Below the pieces are notes generated by a model that searched no databases, was not told where the DNA came from, and saw only the letters and a program-made list of their open reading frames with translations. The position numbers and the translations under genes were made by a program. A stretch of 64,000 bases of DNA, from assembly GCA_965637545.1 (NCBI GenBank), contig OZ281494.1:8618001-8682000 (forward strand), written 5' to 3'. The stretch's first letter is position 1. Every line of letters starts with the position of its first letter. Shown here piece by piece: positions 51,973 through 64,000 of this stretch. Origin of the DNA: Phallusia mammillata (Eukaryota).

Positions 51973-53437
51973 AATGGGCTGGAATGCAACATCTTTCTTG
52001 GCTTGAGCAGCAAAAGTCTCTGACCTGTTTTAGTTCTTTCGCCTTAAAATTTATGATCACCTATTGAACTAGGCCAAAATGTGCTCTGCAAAAGTGGTAA
52101 ATACAAATTAATTGGGGCGTAGACCTGCTGTGTCACGTAAAGACAACGTTGACGTCAGGGCTTAAACAGCCTGCGCCAAAGGAAACAACTGGTGAATCGC
52201 CTGACTAAACTATGCTGATCAAAAACTGAACTTTGGAAAATGCTTTTATTACTCACACAATCAAACCTTTGAGACTGTCCCATTTACCTACTTGTACAAA
52301 AGCTTGCTATTACGTTTTCCTATTACTCATACGCGCACAAACAAAACGTCACGTTGCTTGCACAAAGCTAGAACATAGAACAAAAACAGTCACTGCAACT
52401 GGCACGCGAGTCTACTAGAAGGCTGCTGTAATGCGTAGCTTGCGCAACAGCCCCTTTCAATGCACGCCCGTCACCATCGAACGCTTGAAGGACTTTGAGC
52501 AAAGCCTGCAAGTTTCAACCGACTTGCCTTTCTCGCGTCTATAAACGTTTAACAGGTGCTTTGCATGTTATGCCTGAAAAGAGCATGGCAGCAGGACAGC
52601 AACCTTGCGCTGTCAACAAACTTGGACGTTAAAACTAAACAGCTTGCACATGCATTGATTTACTTCCAAGTTATTTCATGATTAGTTTGTACATGAATTG
52701 CAACTAATATTCTCAAGCATTATGTATGTACACAAAAATGTAATGTGTTTACACACATGTCGAACCTACGGAATCATACAAGTCTTCAATAGGTCAAGCA
52801 AAGAATGTTACAAACCGTTTAGTCGTAAAGCTGTTAGGTTATATTAAACGTTTGTACAGCAAATATATGCAAACACTTAGGCTTAGTGGTATACAATAAG
52901 AAGCTGTTGTTACAATTACAACCATGGGATTAAGGATTGTTATTTGTGTGAAGCTCTTAATGCCGAACCTACAATTTCTTGTTCTGAAATGTTACATAAC
53001 TGTGCTCGTTATGCCACCTTTTCAGATAAACTTGCTAAATCATTCTCGCTAATCGATGGCGTTAATGAATTGTGCTGTGCCGTTCCCTTGTGCCTACCTC
53101 CAGCAATACTGAGAACACGCTCCAACTACTATCGATTTGTCGCATTTTGCCAGTCTAGGCTAAATTCACTCAAGCGTGAAAGGAAACGCAAATAGCCAAG
53201 TCGGGCAAACACAAAATAGCCTTTAGGCGTTAATTCGCTTTAATTGCCGTTTTTACGATGATGCTGCAAAACAATGCATAACAATACCAATAAAACTTTT
53301 AATATTCAATGTTTTCTGCATATCAAAGACGACTTGCACAATTTTTTGTGACTCATATACCTCTCTGGGGCGAACAAGGCCCAAGAGCTTTCAACGAGTT
53401 CGTATTTATTTGCCCGTAAGCAAGTGCAAGTGCGTCA

Positions 53438-54086
53438 TTAAGGCCAGCCCCTTCGCAATGTTGCACTTTCACGTTTTGTTTTTTGTTTCTTTTTAGTCCT
53501 TGTTCTGCGTGCCTGTATCTCGGAGAGATAAACGAAAGGTCGCACGCACATCGATTTGTGTCTAAACAGCTTGTACATTTCAATCCACTGGCTGCGCATG
53601 TACATGCGCTGTCCGTAAAATCGGGTGTTTTTATAATTGTCCAAGTGTTTGGCGATTGTGTTCGATGGCTTAACCAGCATAGAGGGCGACAGGCCAATTT
53701 CCTCTCGTAGAATGCCTGTGATCCAGACATCGTCTACTCTCATTGGTGATCGAAACTGAGCGATTTCCCACAGCGTTTGCACAAGGCGCACACGCATGGC
53801 GTACATGCCACCAAGGCAGAACTTTGGATAAGCAGATTTGCTGAACTCTTGTTTGCTAATGTACCACTTGCTTGAGGGGTCGCGGAAGGGCGCAGCGTTT
53901 TCATACATTCCGAAGCCGCAGATAATTGGGAATGGGTCGGTTCCATTGGTCACATATCCATCGATTAAATCTTCGAGTTCTCCAATGTTTAACATGAAAT
54001 CATCGTCGACAGAAGCGTAGAAAAAATCGTCTGGTAGATTTTCGGATGCCCATCGCATACCCATAAGGGTTTTGAAACCAATATTC
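53438..54086 (-). CDS. GT31 paralogue C, exon 4 (catalytic C-terminal half plus basic tail)
   Basis: NIGFKTLMGMRWA, YASVDDD, YPKFCLGGMY, RVDDVWITGIL; acceptor tttatgcag at 54087; TAA at 53438. Confidence 0.93.
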
Positions 54087-54859
54087 CTGCATAAATAAAA
54101 ACAGTGTCGTAACTAAAATGTGATTAATAAAACATGCATGTTTATTAATATCAAGCTACCTTTAAAAAATGACTAAATGTGTAACAAAGATGAATTTTCA
54201 ATTCAATGAAGCTACAGTTTTCCCCAACAAGAACCTATAGATATCGATAAGGTTTAAGCTCAATTTAGCGTCAATTGAAAGATCGAACACGCCTGCTTTC
54301 TCTAAAACTTTTTTATATCCATTTGTAAGTTTTATTTTAAGAACTAATGAAATGAAACAAACATGTCAAACTTTACCCTTACATGCTAAGAACCCTTACA
54401 TGTTAAGAACTCGATGTTGACTTTAATTGCGCAATTGGGCGTGGCATTAAGGTTACAGGGCTTAGTAGGTTACATATTTCTTTGCAACTTAACGTTGGAC
54501 ATATATATTCCTCGCTTAAACTATGTACATTTTTACCAAACACATTTATCAACTTATATGAACAATTGCAGAAGGAAATGCTGTATTTTAAGTTTATTGA
54601 GGTAATTAACGGCCCAAAAAGACTTGACGCTTGTTTAGCACCTTTTTATCAATATTTTATGGGACTTGAGCGCTTATAAGCGGGTGTAACTGGTACGGCT
54701 CCTCATATCCCTGGTAATGGCATTAGCATTTACCCAAACGTTCGATTAATAAAGCAATTCGTTTTTAAGTTTATTTGGTCGTTATTTTCCTCATTAAATG
54801 CTGTATTAATTCCTTAACGCAAAATCCTAATGAATAACTAAAAAACAGAAGGTGATTAC

Positions 54860-55106
54860 TTGTAATCGTCGGGACCGTCATAATGCAATATATCGCGGTA
54901 TCTGTATTTCTCCTCTTCCAGAAGGTTATTGTAATATTTAAATCGCTTCTGAGAAACAGCAAACTTGGCTTCCCCAATCACGAACACCGTTGTGAAGTTG
55001 GCTCCGTCAACATTGCTCAAGGACGCCCACGTGCGGCGAATTAGTTCACGTCGTTGAAAATTGGAGGCTTGGGATTTCACAAAAAATACCATGCTCCAGG
55101 AAGTCT
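54860..55106 (-). CDS. GT31 paralogue C, exon 3
   Basis: TSWSMVFFVKS, RRELIRRTW, EEEKYRYRDILHYDGPDDY; 247 nt, phase 1/2, donor AA|GTAATC. Confidence 0.92.
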
Positions 55107-55560
55107 CTGGTCAAGCAAAAAAAAAAAATCGGGATAGTTACAAACTAGTGCTCATGTATTTCAGCAAAAAAATGTCGCAGGTGGTCAAATCTTTGCTTCA
55201 TTTTATTATGTATTTAATGTGGCAATATGGTGTTAAGTTTAGTTTATTGCTCCATTGAATTAGGCGCTATTTTGACTTAGCTTATGATAATGCTGACCTA
55301 GATTTTGACATGCTTTGTTGTCGTAATTCGTTCCAAGAGTTGGTTCATCGATGTAGGAAATATTAGCAGGTGTAATGTTTGCAACTTTTAGCGATTTTGC
55401 AATCTCTTTCTCGATTTTGTGGGCTGTTCTAAAAAATAAAATGGAAAAATTGAATCAAAATGTTGCTTTTTAAAAATATTTTTAAACAACTTCTAAATGG
55501 CACTTCATGGCGTGTGTTGAAAGCAAGCACTGCAAGTGGGGGCGCGGCCCACACTCCCGC

Positions 55561-55616
55561 CCTCCATAACCCACCCATTGAAGTCTATTGGTCCTCCATA
55601 ACCCACCCATTGAAGT
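55561..55616. repeat. 24-bp direct repeat, period 32
   Basis: CCTCCATAACCCACCCATTGAAGT at 55561 and 55593. Confidence 0.85.
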
Positions 55617-55802
55617 AAGTTTTTGATTGAAATGGGCAATTTTGCATGTTTTTTGATGTTGCATTAAAAATCTAAATAATATTCCTTCTTATAAAGTATA
55701 TCATGTTGGATTTATTTCCTGATAGTCTATAAATAAGGCCCAATCTACACATCACTGGTGTTTGAATAAAACAGCCAGATATTGTTTAGCACCTTTTCCT
55801 AC

Positions 55803-55885
55803 CATTGTAAGAACAATATGTTTTTCTCATGAAAGTAGGATAAACAAACAAGGAAGTGGTATCGATGGTAATTTTTTTCCAGGCA
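55803..55885 (-). CDS. GT31 paralogue C, exon 2 (short stem)
   Basis: AWKKITIDTTSLFVYPTFMRKTYCSYN; shares WK, FVY and C with A exon 2; phase 2/1; donor G|GTAGGA; acceptor caattaaag is weak. Confidence 0.65.
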
Positions 55886-56442
55886 CTTTAATTGAGGGTT
55901 ACCCGTTAATGGCCCTGATATTGATTCTACGTCTGGTTTATGTGCTGTGACGCAGAACACCATAAAATCAGTTGCATTGAACTTTGCCGACACTAAAAAT
56001 GACAATGCGGTGTGTTTTTTTGGGCGTCAAAACCCGTCAAATGAAATCTTTTACATCAACAATGAAAGTCACAATGATAATTACCAATCATAAAGAGCCT
56101 TATGTGCGTTTCGCTTCCAAAAGATATAAACAATCGAATGTATAATGGATCCGAAACCCCTTTATGTAAGCCTATTTCCTGTTCTATAGTCCGGGTAGGT
56201 GCATACGTTTCAACAACGCCAACTTTCATATCCTTGTAGACTATAGTTCGATGCTATATCAAATGTCTACAACAAGTAAGCCGAACTGTTTGGAGGTTCC
56301 TGCTATAAATGTAACTTGAGATCTTTAAATAACAGTTTTCAGTGTTTTTAAATCCTTTGTTTAACCCTAAAACATTTGTATTTTGTAAACCTTTGTTTTC
56401 TAACTCTAATTATTCAATCAAATTGACCATACCAGATCTGAC

Positions 56443-56558
56443 CTGCGCTTAGCATCAATTGCGATTCCATGCACAAGTAAAGCCACAAAAGTACTCCCCA
56501 CCACAATCGCCATCATTTGTATTATCGCACATTTTAACCACTTCGGCTCCTTTCGCAT
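56443..56558 (-). CDS. GT31 paralogue C, exon 1 (type II signal-anchor)
   Basis: MRKEPKWLKCAIIQMMAIVVGSTFVALLVHGIAIDAKR; donor AG|GTCAGA phase 2 (alternative phase 0 donor at 56433); model gives 364 aa. Confidence 0.75.
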
Positions 56559-59500
56559 CGTTTGGCGTCTAATAGACTGTAATTTTCCTCTATTGTTTGA
56601 AGCAACTGAACACCAAATGATAGGGTTATAACACACAACCGAAAAATCAATATTGACCGGTGTTCAGCAATTGCTCCTCGGATAGCGGCGCTTTATCATT
56701 TAAGTGTATACAAGTCAATGCTTTAAACTTTAAACAGTACATGTACAATTGGGCATACATCTACTTAGCAGTACTGGGTATCACTTCTTGGTCATCGTTA
56801 TTTTAGTTGCGCTTGGAGAAAGCAGGATACAGTATTCACTCGATCTGTTTTGAGTTGTTTCAAAACTTTTTCGACTTACACTCACAAAAAACTCATAAAA
56901 ATCACCTAATTCCGACGTACTCTGCTCATTACCATCAATCAACCGTCAGAAAATAAGCTATGTTCTGCCTATTGTTTATTGCGCAACCGTACGACAAGCT
57001 AACTTCTACAAACAAACTATTTTTGGGTCTTACCTGCATACTGTTGCACTTTCGAACCTGGTCGTCTTACATACTGATCCATAATAGAGAAAAATATATG
57101 CGAAAGACTACCCAGACCAGCACCGACTGATAGAAACTCGTACGCGCTGCTCTATGTATTGTTTCCCATCCAGAGTATCCGGTGTCTATAGAAACAAAAA
57201 AGGTACTGTAACTCGCACTTACCATGCCTGAACACCTTGTAAGGTTTCTGTGCACAAAGAAAGGTCCTGTAATCTTTCACGTAACACAAACTTAAGGGCT
57301 TTTGTTTAATGTTGATGCTGACTTTGGTTTGGTCATGATTTTTGTACTTATTAGTCCAAAACGAAAGCATTTGTACAATTTGGACATTTAGCCTATTTTT
57401 TCTGTTTATAGCTGATATTGAGTGTGTAGTTTCATGCAATAGTGCTTTTTGTACAATATTTTTTATTGACAGATATAAACAAGCGACAATATTCCAAATA
57501 AAACTCGAAAAAGGCGTTGGTGATAGTAGACAACGAAAAAATTGTTGTTTAACAGAGTTTCTTTACAGCGTCGAATAGAATAACATTCGGCATACTGCAA
57601 GAGAAGTGTATGTCAGTCAAAAGACAGTGCAATTGCAAAGCAGGAAACAAGTGATTGATGTGTTTCTGATGATACACGGAACAGGCCGCATTTGGTTCCT
57701 TCAGAGATAATTTGCTGACAATACTTCTTCGGATCCGAAAAGTACCAAATGCATAGGTTTTTCACTTTTACTTTCCGATGGTGTACTATATGAAGTACTG
57801 TAGGTATGTTGTCTTTGAAGATTAAGACCAATATGTAATTGATGTTTTTGTCATTCATGTCTGAGTTAACGCCTTAATGACGGTTTAGCTGCAGTGCGTT
57901 AGCTCTATTCCACCAATTGTGACCCCCCCCCCCCCCCCCACTTTTACGTGCTCCATGACGTTTCATTTCAACGTTGCGCAGCTATTTCCGGCTTGTTGAT
58001 TGTTTTAGTGAATTGTTTCGCCATATTGTCATTCACCAAGTGAAATAAACCCAACTCAACAAAAAGCAGGAAAGCAAGCGCTTCTTTGTTCGCAGTGCTA
58101 AAAATGCAAAGTGAATAATTACTAAAATATGTACAAAAATGTTACAAGTGCAAAGCAGCGCAAGAGGTATAAAGATATGTAAGGCAAAATATAAATGGTT
58201 AGTTCTTGGAGAGAAAATAAAGCAGTGCAATAAATAGGAAGTGAAGAACAAACGATAAAAGGCACAACAAGAACAGTACTCTATCGAAAGCATAGCACAC
58301 AGTTGATGATTAGTATATAAATTATAAAACACTAAATAGTGGTTAAAACCTAATTTGTACAATCTTTTTGTTCCTCAAATCTGCGGCTTCCTTTTACTTC
58401 AATTAATATGCAACATTTGTTTGTGAAAATCAAAATCCAATAAAAAAGTTTGGCACGAACACTAAACATTTTTAGGCACAAAGATGAACACTAAAAACAG
58501 GATGATGAGCACCCACACAAACTACATTCACAAACTGCATCTTACGTTTTCATAGCTTGTACGTTGTAATATTCAATTAATGACATCAGAATCTAATATT
58601 TCTTCTGATAATTATCAGAATCAAAAATTATAATGACTATAATCGTTGGTAATGGTATTTTTGCAGTAGAAAGTGAGTTACAAGCATCAGTTTTCACTGA
58701 GTTGTTGCCATAAGATAAATAAAATGGGTTTTAGGGATGTGTCAAAACCACAATGTTCTGCCAAGCACGTTCGGTGCATTGTGACGTCACAAACATACCC
58801 TACTACACGGTGAGCGCCTAATTTTGCTGACTCAGCAAAAAAATTGTTTCGAATTTTTTATTTTTTTTGAAAAAACGTTTCCGAATTTTAAATTTGTTTT
58901 AAGGAAAAATCGTTTCGACAAAAATGTTTCAACATAAATAAAAGCAAAATAATGTTTGAACGTGGATCAAAAATGACTATGTCTCCCTAATTGCTTTTTT
59001 TATAATTATTGCAGGGCTTTAAAATAATTATTTAAAAAATTCCACTGCGGTGGCGATAGAGGACCATTTTGTATTCAGTTTGCGGCGAAGATTATTGTGT
59101 ATCAAACACAAGTTGTTGCACGCGAATTCAAGGATTGTGAAACGGGGCTACTTTTAACGCAAAAGATATGGATTTTGGTGTGTTTTTCAATAACTTGTTT
59201 TAACGACCACCTATTTTTTTTGTAAATTGTCTTGCTAACAATAAAATTAAATGTTACGTAAAAATGACGTCATTGGTTGCTGGGCAACGCGTATTCTTTG
59301 CTGAAAAGCAGTTTTATTGGCACTAGTTTGACGAAAAATGTTTTTCTGCATCGTTTGCTGGCAAATTTGAGAAAATAGTCTTTGAGAAAACTATTTTGAT
59401 GATAAAATGTAATAGATATAAATGACCCCGACTGTTTTAGATAATAAAAAAATGTTAAAAAATGATTTAATCAGTTCGATTTATCAAAGTTACACTGTTT

Positions 59501-61599
59501 AAAGTCTTTATCAAAAGTAAACTTATTTTTGGCTACTGGAAATAGGAAAGTGCAAACCAATGGAAAGTCACAATACATTTACCAGTTCTATGATAAGATG
59601 AGCGAAATGTGCACAGAAACTTGCTGCTTAAATTAGTGAAAAATTTATTCGGTGGCCAGTTATGTTTGCCAATATATTGAAGAAACTGTTGGATGGTTAG
59701 GCTTTCAAATGAATCAGTCATTGATATTTAAGTATCCTAACTAAACAAGAATTATCTACAAAATTGTCTACATGACAGATAAACAAGCAAAAATCATTTA
59801 TTTATTTAATTGCCTAATGTAACTTTCTGACATTTAGTATTCTGGCACCACATGCATTGGACTTCATGTAACTACTGTGTTTCAGTTTGTGAAGCTATAC
59901 AAACAGCAATGTCATGCCTAATGCAAGAAATAGAAAACTAATTAATGCAAGAAATATATTTTAGACTTAAAGAATCAGATTCAACTAAACTAGTCCCTTT
60001 AAATGCAGTCATATCAGGAAAGCCATGCCGTTTGTTAAGGGCAGGAAAGCAAATTTTCCAAATATATGTACTGCAACCTTTCCATTTTGTGTATAAATAT
60101 TAGATCACAGTGGGTTTAGTGTAAATTTTTGGTAAATGAATATTTTTCTGTGGAAATAATCGCAGGTTATTAAGATTAAACATTGAAATAACAATAGTAT
60201 GTGAAATGGAAAATCAGTCTACATGGTGAAATTTGCAACAGCTTGTCCAATTTTGTACCTCAAAGATTAGAACCTGACAAAACAGTGAAGCAATGCAAAG
60301 TGACTGTCGACGGTGGGAATTGGGGAAGCATTTAGGGTCACTTTAGGACAATACCTCCAAGAAGGCTAACAAGCACAAAAAGAATCAACAGGAACATGCA
60401 GAGGGTTGGCTGAGATTGTCATCCAGTAGACTATTTGTAAAAAAAGATCCCCTGTCAAGTCATTGTTTGTGAAAGAAATTTGCTTATATGAGCTCACTGA
60501 AGGTTCTAAAAGTGTCCACAAAACCATTAATGCAAACAGCATGTTACTTTTCTTAAAGTAATGTTGTTGTTTGGCCATTCTTTCCACCTGTACACAAGTT
60601 ACACTTAATACCTATTTGAAAACCTTCATTAATGTTAATGCCATTTAACCTTCATGCTGTTTATGGTCTTTATGTCTTGGATCTTGGATAAACGCAAAAA
60701 AGCTTTGTTCTCTAATGTTGAATTATTGGCAAAAGTGATCTATGAGATGATGAATTAAAAATCTGTTTTTAATTTAAGCATTCTGTTTGATGGCATGTTG
60801 TAATAACCTCATTATTTATTGATGTAGCTTAAACCATGACAGCTGGTTTATATATGTTAGTTTGAATGTAGCAAAGCATTGTAATGGCACCTATGCACAG
60901 CTGTTTCACCTTACTGTTTTTCAGTCTATATGCCTGATGACAAAAAATATTTGTGTAATTTTAAAGATGTAGGTAAAAGGATTACTGTCATGTATAATCA
61001 TTTGATTAAATCTTCTATCTTCAGGCTAGATCCCTTGTATATAAGCAGATTTTCATTTCTTGAACCAAATTATTGTGGTATATCAACTTACCATGTCTCA
61101 TTCACATTTATTTCTGCCTTTATATAACTGTGTGAACCAATGTCGAACTGTTGGTAAAGTGCTTTGTTTTACCTAATTTATTATGTTTACTATGATACTA
61201 ATTACTAATAAGCACAATACTGTATACTTTGTTCATATCATCAGGTTTTTGTGGCCACACAATGATTTATTTGGTGGTCAATTAGAGTCATTTTGCATGA
61301 GAAGCGCAATCCTCGTATTATGCTTGGGTAACTGAGTGACTTTATCTTTTTAAATCAATAAAATGTCGTTCTTACCATGTGCATTTGGTGTTTATCGTTG
61401 TAATTATTAACTAGTTCTAACAGGCTTTAGATCACAAACGACTTAACGTAAATGCAAAAGATTTTCTCAGGTCAACTAACCTATACCATGTAAGTAGTAA
61501 ACACAAGCAAAATACCGTTTCAATGTGATCAAAACTTGGAAAATGAGAGGCACACATCATCAGCGAATGCCAGGCATGACCGCTTAAAAGTGGTTTCAT

Positions 61600-61666
61600 G
61601 TGCATTTCCTTAAAAATGATTTTATGGGCACACGCCCCCTCTTGCACCCCGCTGCGGACGCCCATG
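61600..61666. mobile_element. Terminal fragment of the CATGGGCGTCCGCA MITE family
   Basis: Reverse complement of 61627-61666 matches the left end of 40927..41325; other end not found. Confidence 0.6.
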
Positions 61667-61776
61667 CAGGGATATGCAACATTTTTCGTTGGTGGGTCAT
61701 ATAACCAATTTCGAACATCAAGCGAGGGCCATACAATTTTTGTCATGTACACAATAAATTTAAAATTCTTCTAAAG

Positions 61777-62254
61777 CAGGGGTGTCCAACACGTGGCACG
61801 CAGAGCATTTGAAAATGGCACACAAGTTTTGCACATTTACATGGTAAACATAAGGATTTGTCACGCAATTAAATTTGTTTCTATTGATTTTTCATGGCCT
61901 TTATTCTAACTTCAGTAAAGATTATCAGTAGTAAAATTACACAACCCACTAATTTGTTCGTGAAATTGTTCGTTTTTTGACAAAACTTATGCCCCGTTGC
62001 AAACCATTTGTATTTTGTGTTGCATAAACAGAATAAAAGGTTTCTGGAGTACCATAAACAAGTTTACTCGCATTTGACGACATAATTTTTTTCTAATCAT
62101 TTAATAGGGTTCTACATATTGGCCAAATATTCGGATTGAGCCCGTACCGTTAAGACGTTTAAGACATGGTTTGGAAAAAGTACCAAACGTTGATACGCGA
62201 GTATATTTTAAAGCCAAAATTGGCACGGCGGTGTGTACGAGTTGGACACCCTTG
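61777..62254. mobile_element. hAT (Charlie/Buster-type) MITE, 478 bp
   Basis: TIR CAGGGGTGTCCAAC / CAAGGGTGTCCAAC; perfect TSD TTCTAAAG. Confidence 0.9.
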
Positions 62255-62262
62255 TTCTAAAG

Positions 62263-62749
62263 CAGGGGCGTGCAACTGTTTATCGCAGTGGGCCACAACT
62301 TACAGTTAAAATGATGCTGGGGGCCAGACAATAAAGCAACACATATCTTTTTAAACAGCTTATTTAATAGCAGAGCGCACACAATCAAGTTACTCTTTGA
62401 GTACTCTTTGATCAATGGAATATCTGCTAACCTTTTCGTAGAATAAATGCCAATATATTTACTGCACCTATAAATCATGTTACTAAATCATTGCTAGAAA
62501 GGCAGTTCTGTCATAATGCACATAATGATGCAACAATGGGAGTATGTTGTCACAGTGGATAAAACCTCATCACGGTGTGACGTTTTATAAAGTCAAAAAT
62601 ACCAGTGATGGTGTACAAATAGCAACATTCCATGCTCTAACAGTAAAAAGTATTCATATTTAATAGAGTACTTTGTAGTCTGCGTGGGCCACGAAAATAG
62701 GTGCCGCGGGCCGGACACTGGCCCGCGGGCCGTATGTTGCACGCCCCTG
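62263..62749. mobile_element. hAT (Charlie/Buster-type) MITE, 487 bp
   Basis: Perfect 15-bp TIR CAGGGGCGTGCAACA on the right end vs CAGGGGCGTGCAACT on the left (14 bp identical); perfect TSD TTCTAAAG. Confidence 0.92.
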
Positions 62750-64000
62750 TTCTAAAGCATCAATACATTTGTTTTCTCAAAAATACGGTTTCGCCACCAC
62801 ACTGGCTTTCACAACAAAGTAATTGTTTACAAGACGAAGGGAATTGTTACGTCACAGTCGGAAGTACCTTCAAGCTGCTGTATGGCCCACCTGATAGTAA
62901 ACGCTGGTTTAACTTATATTTGCTACGTATAGTATAGCAACTTAAAACATTTATTAAAAACAAGCGGAAAATTTTGCTGAATTCCTATATACAAGACTTG
63001 CATTATTTCTCTGAATCAGTGTGTTGGTGAGGGCCACACTAAATAGCTTCACGGGCCAGGTTGTGGCCCACGGGCCGCCTGTTGCACACCCCTGGTTTAA
63101 GGCAAATGCAAAGGTTCAACGCATTTGCTAATGATGTGCGCCTTACATTTTCTAAATTTTGATCACATTGAAACGATATTTTGTTGTGTTTACTACTTAC
63201 ATTTTATAGTAGACCTGTAAAAATCGTTTGCATTTACGTTAAGTTGTTCAATTGTGATTTAGTGCCTGTATAATTTAGCTGTGTCGACAGCACATAAAAT
63301 CATTTCAAAGCGGTCATACCTGGCGTTGCCTATGTAACGGCAGGAAACGAACTTTTAAAATGGTAACAAATTTTCTTAACGGTGAAATACGAAGTTTGTG
63401 GGACGTGCAAATTTGTTCCAAACAACGAAAGTTGTTATTGATTGTCCATTGTGGATGTGCTACTGGTTTTATTAGTTCAAGATAGCAAACAATATGCACT
63501 TTGATTGCTGACGATAAATTGAGTTTTCATTGATTAAAGTTGTCTTTGAACGGGTACCACAACGTCGTCTCTAAAATATGAACAAACAGAGATAAAATTA
63601 AACGGTTTTCACAAATCAACTTGGAATTGCAATCAGAAACAGCTTGCAAAGTTCAGTTAAGCGAAACAGAAATGACAAGCGACCATCATACTTATTTTCG
63701 TGGGCACAACCGCTAACGAAGTAGATCGCTTCAGTAGATGCATTGCGCCACAATCATAACAATTGACTGTTACGCCATAGGCGCGGTAACAAACAGCGGT
63801 TAGTGAACTAGAAATTGTTGTAGCCAATGGACCTCATAAACCCTGCCTTTTTAGTCCGTCAAGGATTATACGCACTATAAATTTTCGTGAACTTTTACAA
63901 AACGTATGCATTGATTCACAACAACCCAGTTTCAAGAAGTAATAAAAAAGGTTGGTGCCACTACCTTATTGGCTTTAAAACACGAACGAACAAAGATACA

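Larger units (their letters stand above)
61667..63094. mobile_element. hAT MITE (~450 bp when empty) containing two tandem nested MITEs
   Basis: TIR CAGGGATATGCAAC / CAGGGGTGTGCAAC; left TSD absent (abuts another MITE end). Confidence 0.7.

Noticed and set aside
26990-54020. Alternate-frame and antisense ORFs overlapping GT31 exons (e.g. 26990..27361, 37050..37298, 53353..53730)
   Set aside because: Shadows of real coding exons.
55903-56253. Alternative exons for GT31-C (56085..56253 and 55903..55992) using a phase 0 donor at 56433
   Set aside because: They break the phase 2/1 pattern shared with A and bypass the WK/FVY/C stem unless a frameshift in the A7 run near 55872-55878 is assumed; not excluded without cDNA.
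57923-57939. C17 homopolymer (G-quadruplex-capable on the minus strand)
   Set aside because: Isolated simple run with no supporting context.
12-63499. Remaining 60-125-aa ORFs in the track, many starting at TTG/GTG
   Set aside because: No recognisable domains or codon signal; expected by chance and often inside MITEs.

Overview
AT-rich eukaryotic genomic DNA with spliceosomal introns; not prokaryotic, and no CRISPR array or rRNA is present. The taxon cannot be fixed from sequence. Small introns, abundant CpG interrupted by one sharply CpG-depleted domain, and the repeat families suggest an invertebrate with mosaic methylation such as a tunicate (inference). Contents: (1) an intronless + strand gene (1234..1917) for a secreted 227-aa protein. 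Its C-terminal ~145 aa read as a 12-strand beta-trefoil aligning by eye with IL-1/FGF cytokines, and it is flanked by an AP-1 site, two TATA boxes and 3' AU-rich elements. This is the best novelty candidate. (2) Three tandem minus-strand GT31 (Galactosyl_T, beta-1,3-galactosyl/GlcNAc-transferase-like) paralogues. A (26943..31645) and C (53438..56558) have complete 4-exon models with shared intron phases 2/1/2. B has clear catalytic exons (36800..39711) but an unresolved 5' end about 12 kb upstream. A has a GC-AG intron. (3) About 20 non-autonomous DNA transposons, mostly hAT MITEs with 8-bp TSDs and often nested, plus two Helentron/HINE-like elements that share termini but carry different ~157-158-bp satellite cores. 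(4) A CpG-depleted domain at ~59.4-61.3 kb that may mark an unannotated methylated gene body. No transposase ORF was found. All coordinates and alignments were derived by hand.
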